From: Octopus vulgaris
Taxonomy: Eukaryota
Length of the DNA stretch: 64,000 nucleotides
Assembly: GCA_951406725.2 (NCBI GenBank)
Contig: OX597837.1
Location: forward strand, 42,594,001-42,658,000
Direction of reading: 5' to 3'
The position numbers were made by a program, and so were the translations under genes. This document shows positions 13,161 to 25,455 of this stretch, piece after piece (positions within the stretch are counted from its first letter, which is position 1; every line of letters begins with the position of its first letter). Under the pieces are notes generated by a model. That model searched no databases. It was not told where the DNA came from and saw only the letters and a program-made list of their open reading frames with translations.

Positions 13161-14460
13161 GTGCACGTGCGCATGTGTCTATCTATCTCTTCGTCTATCT
13201 TTACATTTGACAACATTTGCAAAAACAGTGTCTGTGTTTATATTCCATTAGTCACTAAAATGTGCCACAGACTTCAAGAATAAATACCGAGTTTGATGTG
13301 AGCAGCTAAAAAAACTCTTCAAAGCCGAGCCTCGGCATAGCTGCAACCTATTAGACTAAAATGAGACTAAAATTAGGCTAAAAAGAGCAAATAAGTAACT
13401 GCACCACAGCTAAAAACAAGCTTTTCAAATATGCATTCAACCTTCTAGAAAGGATAGCCAAAATTTCCCTCAAATCCTATTTGCTACCATCTCAAAAATT
13501 GGGTTAAAAAAAAGTATGTCATCAGCATAAATTTATGAAAATCCCAGGCGTATTTATAGAGTATGTAGTGAAAAGCCATTCTCATTAATCTTTTATTGCA
13601 AAAAGGCTAAGACAATGGGCTGAGGATTTGTTTGACAATGTGGGAAAATGTGGATATGCTTTCAAACCTTGGCCTGGGTGTTTTTATAGCTGTTTACTAC
13701 AAGTATGATAATGTCAGAGTTTTTGAACAAAAAAATTTAGGACACAGATAGATATCAATCAAAATCAGCCATGATGGAAAATTAAGATAGAATTAGAGTC
13801 AATTGATTCAGTGTCTAAAATAAACACAACTTCCTGCTTTTTTTTTTGTTTTGTTCTGTTTTTTAAATTTTTTTTTTTTAGGTGGTTTTCTTTTATTATG
13901 GATGTCTGATAGAAAAGATTAAAAAAAATGAAAAAAAAAAAAAAAGGCCAAATCAATAGATGAACAAGAGAAGACTTCTCTGTATGTAATACTGGGTGCG
14001 GTGTAAGAATGTATATTGGAAGGTTTGTAAATAGATACTAATGAATCACTGACTGCAAAAGCCATTTATTTATAACTTTTGACTTATTTTAACCTCAAGC
14101 AACTACTCACTTCCAGCTAATTCCAGAACTAGTCAGCAATTAATTCACAGCACACACTTTTCAAGCCTCAATTTCTGTTAAACTCAGAAGACAGAGGATT
14201 GTTTAGTTTGCATTTAAAGGATGGGAGTCCCGCTGTGAAGATTGCTGTTATTTAACCCCAGGTTATCTCTGATCAAGCCATCATATGACATCCCAATTGC
14301 AATTATCCTGCCTTTTTTGTGTTTTTCACACACAATATATCCAGGATCTGATTATCTAATGTCTCCCTTCACTTTTTGTTTTTAAGAGTGGTTTTACAGA
14401 GATTGGAGTTTCTATTTCTACTAAGTCAACTGACCTGGTGGACACTCCTTCATTGGATCA

Positions 14461-14868
14461 TACTCTTTTACTCTTTTACTTGTTTCAGTCATTTGACTGC
14501 GGCCATGCTGGAGCACTGCCTTTATTCGAGCAAATCGACCCCAGGACTTATTCTTTGTAAGCCCAGTACTTATTCTATCGGTCTCTTTTGCTGAACCGCT
14601 AAGTGACGAGGACGTAAACACACCAGCATCGGTTGTCAAGCAATGCTAGGGGAACAAATACAGACACACAAACACACACAAACATATACATATATATACA
14701 TATATACGACAGGCTTCTTTCAGTTTCCGTCTACCAAATCTACTCACAAGGCATTGGTCGGCCCAGGGCTATAGTAGAAGACACTTGCCCAAGATGCCAC
14801 GCAGTGGGACTGAACCCGGAACCATGTGGTTGGTTAGCAAGCTACTTATCACACAGCCACTCCTGCGA
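14461..14868 (-). mobile_element. SINE family A (tRNA head, CORE-like domain; octopus OR-like)
   Basis: Reverse complement of the copy at 22392, with A/B boxes, CTTGGGCAAG core and (GTAAAAGA)n tail. Confidence 0.9.
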
Positions 14869-15640
14869 CTATAGCCACTGTGTGTGTGTGTGTCATCATT
14901 TTACATCCACTTTTTTATGTTTGTATGGAAACTGATGCGGCAGATTTTCTATGGCTGAATGCTACAACCATCACATAATGTCAAAACAAGAATACACACA
15001 CACACACACACAGAGGATTCATTCAGTTTCTCCCAAACAAATCCACTCACAAGAATTTGGTTCATTCTGAGATTATAGTAGAAGACCCTTGGCCAAGGTG
15101 CCACACAGTGGGACTGAACATGAAACTATGTAATTTGAGATGCAAGCTTCTCAAACACACAGCCTCACATGTGCCTGAGAGTGCTTGTTTAATATAGCTT
15201 GACTCAACCCAGGTAGAACTGACCTAAGATCAAAGGCGTTCCATCTATGATCATCCCCTCTTTTATTTACACATAGTACATCCTGGACAACATTATGCTT
15301 ACATTTATTGATATTAGTGTGTAATGGAGTTTAAACAAAGATTTTGTCAGGATGAAGCACAAAGCCAGACAGCTGAAAGGTGATGTTCAAGCTAACAGGC
15401 TTGGGAATTATTCTAAGACGGTTATGAATAATTTAATTGAAGTCTGAGAGTTACTACAGATAAAAAGTTGGTTTTGAGCGGAGAGCATCCTCATCATATG
15501 TAGCAGAGGTCCACAAGAACAGGTGTGGCTGTGTGGCAAAAAGTTTGCTTTCCAAACACATGATTCTGGGTTCAGTCCCACTACATGGCACCTTGGGTCA
15601 ACCAAAGCCTTGTGAGTGGATTTGGTTGGTAGAAACTGAA

Positions 15641-16051
15641 CATATGGTTAAGGTGGTGAGCTGGAAGAAATGTTAGCACGCCGGGTGACACACTTAGTGG
15701 TATTTCATCTGCCGTTATGTTCTGAGTTCAAATTCCGCCAAGGTCAACTTTGCCTTTCATCCTTTAGGGGTCGATAAATTAAGTACCAGTTACGTACTGG
15801 GGTCGATGTAATTGACTTAATCCCTTTGTCTGTCCTTGTTTGTCCCCTCTATGTTTAGCCCCTTGTGGGTAGTAAAGAAATAGGTATTCCATCTGCCGTT
15901 ATGTTCTGAGTTCAAATTCCGCCAATGTCAACTTTGCCTTTCATCCTTTCGGGGTCGATAAATTAAGTACCAGTTACACACTGGGGTCGATGTAATCGAC
16001 TTAATCCCTTTGTCTGTCCTTGTTTGTCCCCTTGTGAGCAATAAAGAAATA
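15641..16051 (+). mobile_element. SINE family B head-to-tail dimer inside an old family A copy
   Basis: Two ~178-bp units joined at AAAGAAATA|GGTATT. TSD AGAAACTGAA at 15631-15640 and 16052-16061. Confidence 0.88.
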
Positions 16052-16753
16052 AGAAACTGAATGTATGTGTGTGTCTGTGTGTCTTTGTTTATGTCCCCCA
16101 CCACTATTTGACAACTGGCATTGGTGTGTTTATGCCCTCGTAACTAGGTGCTTCAACAAAATAGACCGATAGAAGGCTTTAAAAAAAATGTAAGTACTGG
16201 GATTGATTCCTTCGACTAAAATTATTCAGTGTGGTGTCCCAGCATGGCCGCAGTATGTATTATGTACATACATATGTAAAATTACATCTAATACTTGTGA
16301 CTCTCACCACTTGACAACTGGTGTTAGTTTGTTTACCTACCTACAACTTAGCAGTTCAGCAAAACTGAACAATAGAATTAGTACTAAACCCAAAAAAAAT
16401 AATAATAATAATAAATAAATAAGAACTGAGATCAATTTGTGTGATTAAGCTCTTCAATATGGTGCCCCAGCATGGCCACAGTCCAATAACTAAAACAAGA
16501 GAAAAGAATCCTTTCTCTGCACTGAAGTGACCTACATATATAGAAACAATTAACTACCCTGGTGTATGAAAGGTATTCCAGGACTGTGTGGTCAAGAAGC
16601 CTGTTCTACAATCATCTGGTTGCAGGTTTGACCCTACTCTGCCTCAGCTTCAACAAACGTTTCTGTAGCCTCAGTTTAACCAATAAATACCTTGTTAACA
16701 GAAGCTAGTAAACAGAAACTGTGTGAGCCAGTTGAGTATGTTGTTCTCTGATG

Positions 16754-17035
16754 CATCATCATCATCATCATCGTTTAGCGTCCGCTTTCCATGCTAGCAT
16801 GGGTTGGACGGTTAAACTGGGGTCTGTGAAGCCAGGAGGCTGTACCAGGCCCAGTCTGATCTGGCAGTGTATCTACGGCTGGATGCCCTTCCTAACGCCA
16901 ACCACTCCATGAGTGTAGTGGGTGCTTTTTACGTGCCAGATGAGGCTGGCAAACGGCCATGATCGGATGATGCTTTTTACGTGCCACCGGCACGGAGACC
17001 AGATGAGGCTGGCAACAGCCACGATCGGATGGTGC
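16754..17035 (-). mobile_element. RTE-tail retroposon
   Basis: Same family as 6238-6515. Confidence 0.85.
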
Positions 17036-17187
17036 TCATTTATCGGTACATGTATAGGAGGGAACCAGGCTGCTGGATGCATATTGGTGAAAAAAAAAAA
17101 AATGTAAAGCAAGTGCATTACAAACTAAATCCCTTGTAATAATTGTTCTGCAGCGAGATACGGACAGTCTCTTCTTGACACTCTCAC

Positions 17188-17231
17188 CACTGTCAGAAAC
17201 GTAGTGAATCAATGATTGGTCCAGTGGAAAC
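17188..17231 (-). other. Candidate 44-nt exon (unverified)
   Basis: Minus strand cattgacattgtttatag|GTTTCC...CAGTG|gtgaga. One open frame, FPLDQSLIHYVSDS. No recognised homology. Confidence 0.2.
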
Positions 17232-18716
17232 CTATAAACAATGTCAATGCCATTATTCATCAAATGCAATATAAAATAAATAAACGAAATCACACACACA
17301 CACACACACACAGACACAGAGGTGAAAAGACAAAGATTTTAACAGCATTTCCTGGCTTTACGACCCAAACAAACATCTTTGAAATATATTTACTCCATCA
17401 AATGATATGCCATTTTCTTTCAGTGACAAAACAAGGAACTGCTATAGATAGTAATGAAGATAAAGGACATTTTACATCACGACATCAAACTAAAAAACCT
17501 TCTTCCCATTCAACTTACAAAGATTTTATTGAATTAATATCATTTCCAATAACTCTGCAGTGAAATCTCTGATTCACCTCAAAAGGAATGTTTTATAAAC
17601 AACTTCCAAAAGTATCCCAAGAAACTACACCTCCTCGACCATTTTCTTCCCCCCTTCTATCAGAATTCCTTTTTTTTATTTTTTTTTTTATTTTTACAGC
17701 ATATCGAAATAAAAGCAACTCCTGTATAAAGACAAATCAATCGTGATTTGGTTGCTTTTACATTGAATAACTAACATTGGGTTTTTTTTTTCTTTTTTTG
17801 TTTTTTTTTTTGGTATTAAATAAATGAATAAATAAATCTAAAGTAAACTCGAAACTGGATTCAAAAGAGTCTAAGACAAAAATCTGCCCTTTTCAAAAAA
17901 GAAAAAAAAAAAGAACCACTTCTATTTTAGAAGAATGACAAAGATAAGTTTGAGTAAAGAATTTGAATAGCATGCTTGCTACTCACATAAGTCTGGAGGG
18001 GGAAATGTAGCAGAAAAAAAAAAAAAAAAAGAAAAATGAAAAGAAAAAAAAAAGGATGGTGAAAGAACTCATTCAACTTTATAGAGATGACTATAACTAG
18101 GAATGAAAGGAAGAAGAAATGCAGAAAGAAAAAAAGAAAGAGCCAAACAATGATTAACTTTCCAAGAGCCAATAAAAACAAAACCCATGATACCATAATA
18201 GTAGCCAAAGGTAGTTAAGCAGAAAGACTGAAAGCAGCGGAGAGAGAAAGACAAGCTATTTCTCTGAAAACTTCCTCAACAGTAGATAACTTCATCAATG
18301 GGAAGAGCCAAACAAACAACAGACAATAAATCAATACATGTCAAAGAGAACATCACAAAAGCTGTTTTGGTACTCATGGTCATGTGATCAATGTTATTTT
18401 TCCGGTGCTGTCTCTAAATGCTGACAAGTCACAGACAGCTGACGAGCATATCAAAGTGAACCAAAATCAACATAGCCTTAGTTCTGCAAGAATGAATGAT
18501 CATATTAAAGGCTGATCTTCAATTTCATGCTTCTAAACAAGTAAACAGAAGCAAAGAAGTGCAGTAACATTTACAGTCGGTGCCAAAATGAAAATGGCAA
18601 ATTTCCAATCCCTAGAAATGTGTATGGCCTGGAAAAATAAAAATCGTGCTTAAATTTCTTTAAAAACTACAAAGAAACGGCATCCGTTTAATTGATTGTT
18701 TATATACATATACACA

Positions 18717-18768
<52 letters not shown>

Positions 18769-19574
18769 ATGTATATATGCACATACAGATAATCATGTGT
18801 ATGTGTATTCATAGATGTCTCACAAGAGAGGATTAGTGAAAAGCATGCAATGTATTACAGAAGCAGCAAAGAATTAAAATACAGAGAGCTAAAAATTTTT
18901 AAGAGATTATTTTGTATCTTTAAATAAATGAAAGAAAAAAAAAAAGAAAAAAGAAAAAACCAAACAAACAAACAAGCAAACAAACAAAACTAAAAGTTTC
19001 AGAATGCTGGTTCGCTGTAATGAAACAAATCTCACAAACAAGTCAGTCAGCCAAACCAACTGATACAATGATACAACAACAACATCAATAATAATAATAA
19101 TAATAATGACTGTAACAGAATCTAAAAGATTAAATCAAATTTCATGATTCCTGTTATTCAGGAAGAAAATGAAATGACAATGAACATGGAACAACATTCT
19201 ATTTTTACCACAAGATTATCATAAAGAAAGTATTAAAAGCAATGACAACAGATTAAAGTAGGTAGGGCTTTTACAACTGGTGACCTCTAATAAAGTAGTA
19301 GGTTACATAATTAATCTTGAGGATAATTAGATTCATTACTTTAAAAAGAAAATTTAATAAATGCACCATATACAAACATTAGAAGTCAATATGTCTGTCT
19401 GAATCTCTTGCTGTTTTTTTTCTTTCTTTTTTATTTTTTTATTTTGGTTTAAATTTTCTGGGACTCAAGTTCACAACTGCATTTCACTTCCCAATCGGTT
19501 CCAATTTTTCCTACTTGCACTCTTTTGTTAATGTCCAATAATACTAATAATCATAATACTACTACTACTACTAC

Positions 19575-19624
<50 letters not shown>

Positions 19625-19627
19625 TAA

Positions 19628-20106
19628 CTGATTGGAAGTGTTATCATGTACATTGTTTTGTCTTGGTATAAAAGATGGGCTACAGCAAATATTCTGCTCA
19701 ATACCACAGATTTGCTTGTCAGTTGTTTGATAACCAGTTGAGCATGTCCCTTAGTGGCTGACGAATGCATCTCTGATCACGAGCAGAAGTAGTGGGGGAG
19801 CATCATAGCCATGTGTTGAGAGGGATTCTTTGGGGTTTAATAGTTCACCTCTGGAAACATGGGTGGTTCTTTCAACATCCTTAAACAACCCTTATTCAGG
19901 GACCGTTTGAGCGGGATGGGCTACTCAACCTGAAGAAAATAACTGGGCCCCACCTGCAAGGTCATGTGCTGTTTATCTTAATATGAGATCACCATGTCGC
20001 GCACATATGGTTGTGATGCATGTGCCTGGTGTACCTTTATCAGACGGGTAGTCATGATGGGTATATATATTTTACCCCAGTGTCACTTTGATGGCATGAA
20101 CTGCTC

Positions 20107-20107
<1 letters not shown>
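19628..20107 (+). mobile_element. Interspersed repeat embedded in (AAT)n; possible 3' UTR of a microsatellite-targeting LINE
   Basis: Higher-GC ~480-bp block bounded on both sides by pure (AAT)n. No ORF. Confidence 0.45.
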
Positions 20108-20129
<22 letters not shown>

Positions 20130-20137
<8 letters not shown>

Positions 20138-20430
20138 CCTTTCTACTAAAGGCACAAAGCCTGAAATTTGGGGTGAGAGGACTAGTTGATTACATCGACC
20201 CCAGTGTTTCATTGGCACTTAATTTACTGATTCCGAAAGGATGTAATGCAAAGTAGACCTCAGTTGAATTTAATGATGATGATGATAATAATAGTCCTTT
20301 CTACTATAGGCACAAGGCCTGAAGTTTAGGGGAGGGGAATAGTTGATTACATCAACCCTAGTACTCAACTGGTACTTAATTTACCAACCCTGAAAGGATG
20401 AAAGGTAAAGTCGACCTCAGTTGAATTTGA
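20130..20430 (-). mobile_element. Two tandem truncated family B SINEs with alternative (ATT)n tail
   Basis: cctttctactataggcacaaggcctgaa...gacctcagttgaattt occurs twice with the same truncation point. Confidence 0.75.
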
Positions 20431-20452
20431 TGATGATAACAATAATAATAAT

Positions 20453-20760
20453 AAGAGCACTCAGAGAATGCAAACCTCTGCCAAGGCAACACCAATGTCC
20501 TGGAGATGATTTTTAAAATGAGAATATCTGAAATAAACTCGACTGCTCTCACAAACAAGAATACTAAAAAGGAATCCAACTGCTCTCAAAATTTAAGTAA
20601 AAGAAAAGGAAGAATAACCCTTGTCCGGTACTGGATTGATTCCAAAATCTAATCAGTTTGTGCCAGTCACGGGGCCAAACATCCCTGAAAGTTTCACCTG
20701 AATCCATCCAACAAACACCACTGAAAACAATACCTCTGCCTTCGCTAAGGCAGAGGTAAT
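20453..20760 (-). mobile_element. Helentron/HINE-like non-autonomous element
   Basis: Minus-strand 5' end TTACCTCTGCCTTAGCGAAGGCAGAGGTA is a hairpin/subTIR. The 3' end has GGCAGAGGT plus a small hairpin GCATTCTCTGAGTGC. Second copy at 27229. Confidence 0.7.
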
Positions 20761-22391
20761 AATAAGTGGTTTTAAATTTTGGCATGAGACCAGCAAATTT
20801 TAGTGGAAAGGGAGTCAAATCAATTACAGTGAACACCACCCCACCAACCCCAGTACTTGACTGGTACTTTATTTCATCAAGTGTAAAAGGATGAAAGGCA
20901 AAGTTAACCTCTGCGATATTTGACCTCAGAACTTAAAAACCCAGGAGTGCCACAAAACATTTTCACACCAATACTCTCATCATTCTGCCAATCCACATTT
21001 TCAAACTTGGAATCGAGGAAATGCCATTGTTGAGATTGCAAATGGTGATGAAAGGACTGTTTGATTGATGGACTGAACAATTAATCAGATGATTAGTTAA
21101 CTGGTTAAATCTTTGACAGTTGATAGAAATAGAAAAAAAAAAAGTGAAATAGGATCGATGTATGTGTTCATTATCGATATACTGACCCTCCCAAGATACA
21201 TCAAAGTTTTATGTAAACTATTAAAGTCAGTTAAATCATTAACCAACTGATGAAAACAAAAGAAGAAACAAAATGGATAAAGAAGTGAAAAAGAACCAGT
21301 GAATATGTTTATTATTGGCATAATGACCTCCCCAAGATGCAACAAAATCTAATTCAACAGACAGGTTCACATCAAGAATTTTGCAAATCTAATACAAAAA
21401 TGAAATAAACTTTTCTTTGAATATTCAGAAAAAATTATAATCTTATAATATAAAATATAAAAAATTTTTGCAATATTTCAGTGATTTGTAATCAAATAAT
21501 TGTTGCTATATATCCACAAGTTTCTAAGAGCAACAGCAATATTAAGAATAATCAGGACATGGAAAAGGTCAAGTGAATTGTTTCAAAGATGAAACTCAAA
21601 AGTTAAACCTGATTATAATCATGTTTAAAATGCCAGCTAAATTGCTAGACATTTTTAAGGTATCACACAGCATGCATACATTCAGATATAAAAAAAAAAA
21701 AGAGACAGAAAGAAAAGAATTTATGAAGCACAGTTGAAGCAGAATACAATAAACCATTCATTGTAAGGATGGCATTATTGTGAAGACATCTAAGTTTACA
21801 CAGATCAAAGGCTGTTATAATGATACAGAGAAGAATACTTTTGAATCAAAAAATATTATGAAAAAATTATTTAAAAAAATTCTATCTTTATCAGCTGAGA
21901 AAGAAAAAACAAAAATGTGTATGTATATGTATGCATGTATGTGTGTGTGTGTGTGTGTGTGTATCTTTGTCTTGACATCATGTGACGATTGTAAACAAGC
22001 ATCACCACCATACATGCAATGTCTACTGTTCTTCATGAAAAACATGTCTTGCTATGGCAGGGGATATTATCTTGCTTGGAAACAGGTAAGTGTTGGCAAC
22101 AGGAAAGGCACCTGGCTGTAGAAAACATGCCTCAACACATCTTGGCATTATGACTGTAAACAAACAGTATTGTCATAGAGGCGACGCTGTTCATTTCCAA
22201 TCTTCCATGGAAACCATGTCTGGCCACTGGGGGCAGGATATTTTACCTTGTTTGGAAACAAGTGAAGACTGGTGAACAAGAAGGGTATCCAGTCACAGAA
22301 AATCTGCCTCAGCAAATTCCATCTGAATCATGTAAGCATACACAAATGGATGTTTAATGAAGAACAAACTTTCTTCTTTCAAATATACATA

Positions 22392-22562
22392 GGCGCAGGA
22401 GTGGCTGTGTGGTAAGTAGCTTACTAACCAGCCACATGGTTGCGGGTTCAGTCCCACTGCGTGGCATCTTGGGCAAGTGTCTTCTGCTATAGCCCCGGGC
22501 CGACCAATGCTTTGTGAGTGGATTTGGTAGGCGGAAACTGAAAGAAGCCTGTCGTATATATG

Positions 22563-22593
<31 letters not shown>

Positions 22594-22812
22594 GCGTGTA
22601 TTTGTGTGTCTGTGTTTGTTCCCCTAGGATTGCTTGACAACCGATGCTGGTGTGTTTACGTCCCCGTCACTTAGCAGTTCGGCAAAAAGAGACCGATAGA
22701 ATAAGTACTGGGCTTGCAAAAAGAATAAGTCCCGGGGGTCGATTTGCTCGACTAAAGGCGGTGCTCCAGCATGGCTGGCCGCAGTCAAATGACTGAAACA
22801 AGTAAAAGAGTA
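22392..22812 (+). mobile_element. SINE family A, full length
   Basis: GGCGCAGGAGTGGCTGTGTGGT (A box), GGTTCAGTCCC (B box), CTTGGGCAAG core, internal microsatellite and 3' tail. Confidence 0.92.
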
Positions 22813-23465
22813 TAAGAATGTTTAAGGATACATACGATATGGAACAAAAAATAAATAAATAAACAGGTTTTACAGAAAACAATGCCTTTTCCTCTTCCTC
22901 CTCCTCCTGCCCTCCTCCAGAAATTATTTATTCTGCTAGGTAAGCTTTGAAACTTTTATTAGAATCTCTACAATTTCATGCCCATTAATCCTGAACACGT
23001 GGTGTAGATTAGTAGGTAGATTCTAAAAAGAAAACATCAATACTTAAAAGTATTACTAATTCAGGACTGACAACTAGTTTGCAGGCAAGAGTGGGTGGGA
23101 CAGTGGGCTGGGGGTAGTGTGTGTGTGTGTGTTTATGTGTGTGTGTGAGGAGAGAAGGGAGTTGACAGAGAAAGAAAACGAGAAAGAATGAATTGTTGGT
23201 GGTGGGGGTGGTGGTTGGGGGGGGAGGGGTAGTGACTTTGTTTTTACCGTGTGCTTGTTTTATGCTTTATTTGTTCTCATTGATATTCATTATTTACTTA
23301 CGCATATATACAGCATATATGCGTAAGTGTAACATCCTGTGTGTAAACGAAGAAAGCCAGAAGGAATTTAGCAAATGTAGCAGAAGGTTTCTTCTCATGG
23401 ATCTGTAACAGACGTGAATACCCATGCACTTCATAATTAACCCCAATAATCATTAGTATAGCTTC

Positions 23466-23483
23466 CACTACCACTACTACCAC

Positions 23484-23520
<37 letters not shown>

Positions 23521-23521
23521 G

Positions 23522-23554
<33 letters not shown>

Positions 23555-23634
23555 TTCATAAGTAGTAGTAGTAGTGGTGGTAGTAGTAGTAGTAGTAGTA
23601 TTCATCAGTAGTAGTAGTAGTGGTGGTGGTGGTA

Positions 23635-23673
<39 letters not shown>

Positions 23674-23701
23674 TTCATCAGTAGTAGTAGTAGTGGTGGT
23701 G

Positions 23702-23734
<33 letters not shown>

Positions 23735-23771
23735 TTCATCAGTAGTAGTAGTAGTAGTGGTGGTGGTGGTA

Positions 23772-23806
<35 letters not shown>

Positions 23807-23841
23807 CATCAGTAGTAGTAGTAGTAGTGGTGGTGGTGGTA

Positions 23842-23874
<33 letters not shown>

Positions 23875-23911
23875 GTATTCATCAGTAGTAGTAGTAGTGG
23901 TGGTGGTGGTA

Positions 23912-23971
<60 letters not shown>

Positions 23972-23997
23972 TTCATCAGTAGTAGTAGTAGTAGCAG
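23466..23997. repeat. Compound (GTA)n/(GTG)n array with seven TATTCATCAG-like interruptions
   Basis: Seen directly. Confidence 0.95.
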
Positions 23998-24416
23998 TTT
24001 AGGAAAAGACAAAAAAGGGTGTTGCATATAAGTTGAACTTTGTCCTGAACAAAAAAAAAGTCCTCCGCCACCACTACCACCTGTACAACCCACAACCACC
24101 ACAACAATCATTACAAGCATCATCATCATCACCCCCGCAACTTCCGTTACAATTAAAACTACTACCGTCATTGTCATCACCATGACCACTACGACTGTCA
24201 CAGCCGCGGACATTACTTCAGCACTTTTGAACATAAAAGCCACATCCATTATTGTTATGGTATTGAGAAGTTGAGAAATGGTATTGAGAAGTTGAGAAAT
24301 GCTGTTGTCAAATCACTGACTTTTTATGACTGACATCTGAGAGCATGTGAGGAAATTATATCAATTACGGTCTACCATACCTACAGGTCAGAGAAGAAAT
24401 CAATAGATGCAGGCCA

Positions 24417-25455
24417 TGTGACACACATAGTAGATAACAATGTAATATGTTGTGACATGCATGGCAGACTACAGTGTGACGTGCATGGCAAACTGCAGTG
24501 TGACGTGAGTGGTAGATAACAGTGTAACATGCATGACGAATCAGTGACATGCATGGCAGACTGCAGTGTGATGTGCATAGTAGACCATGGTGTGACGTGC
24601 ATGGCAGACTGCAGTGTGACGTGAGTGGTAGATAACAGTGTGACATGCATGATGAATCAGTGACATGCATGGCAGACTGCAGTGTGATGTGCATAGTAGA
24701 CCATGGTGTGACGTGCATGGCAGACAGCTGTGTGACATGAGTGGTAGATAACAGTGTGACATGCATGATGAATCAGTGACATGCATGGCAGACTGCAGTG
24801 TGATGTGCATAGTAGACCATGGTGTGACGTGCATGGCAGACTGCAGTGTGACGTGAGTGGTAGATAACAGTGTGACGTGCATGATGAATCACTGTGACAT
24901 ACATGGCAGACTGCAGTGTGATGTGTATAGTAGACCATGGTGTGACGTGTGTGGCAGACTGCAGTGTGACGTGCATAGCAGACCATGGTGTGACATGCAT
25001 GGCAGACTGCAGTGTGACGTGTGTGGTAGATAACTGTGACATGCATGATGAATCACTGTGACATACAAAGCAGACTGCAGTGTGATGTGCATAGTAGACC
25101 ACGGTGTGATGTGCATGGCAGACTGCAGTGTGACGTGCGTGGTAGATAAATGTGACGTGCAAAGCAGACTGCAGTGTGATGTGCATAGTAGACCACGGTG
25201 TGACGTGCATGGCAGACTGCAGTGTGACGTGTGTGGTAGATAACAGTGTGACATGCATGACGAATCACTGTGACATGCATGGCAGACTGCAGTGTGATGT
25301 GCATAGTAGACCATGGTGTGACGTGCATGGCAGACTGCAGTGTGACGTGCGTGGTACATAACAGTGTGACATGCATGATGAATCACTGTGACATGCATGA
25401 TAGGCAACAGTGTAGCATACATGGTAGACCACAATGTAATGTGTACTGCAGACCA
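24417..25455. repeat. Minisatellite: 24-bp monomers in a ~116-bp higher-order unit
   Basis: Units start at 24544, 24660, 24776 (116 bp apart) and 24894. Monomer GTGAYRTGCRTRGYAGA-NNNNNN-T. Confidence 0.95.

Noticed and set aside
22392-22465. SINE heads as tRNA genes
   Set aside because: A and B boxes are present, but there is no closed cloverleaf and they continue into SINE bodies.
22770-22802. Hammerhead-like stem AGTC-AAAT-GACT followed by GAAAC in the family A tail
   Set aside because: No CTGANGA box upstream. More likely a LINE-recognition hairpin.
22921-22946. Plus-strand AG|GTAAGC; also weaker minus-strand AG|GT at ~24380, ~34453 and ~60086
   Set aside because: Shorter or interrupted pyrimidine tracts or weak donors. 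They show the chance background for such motifs.
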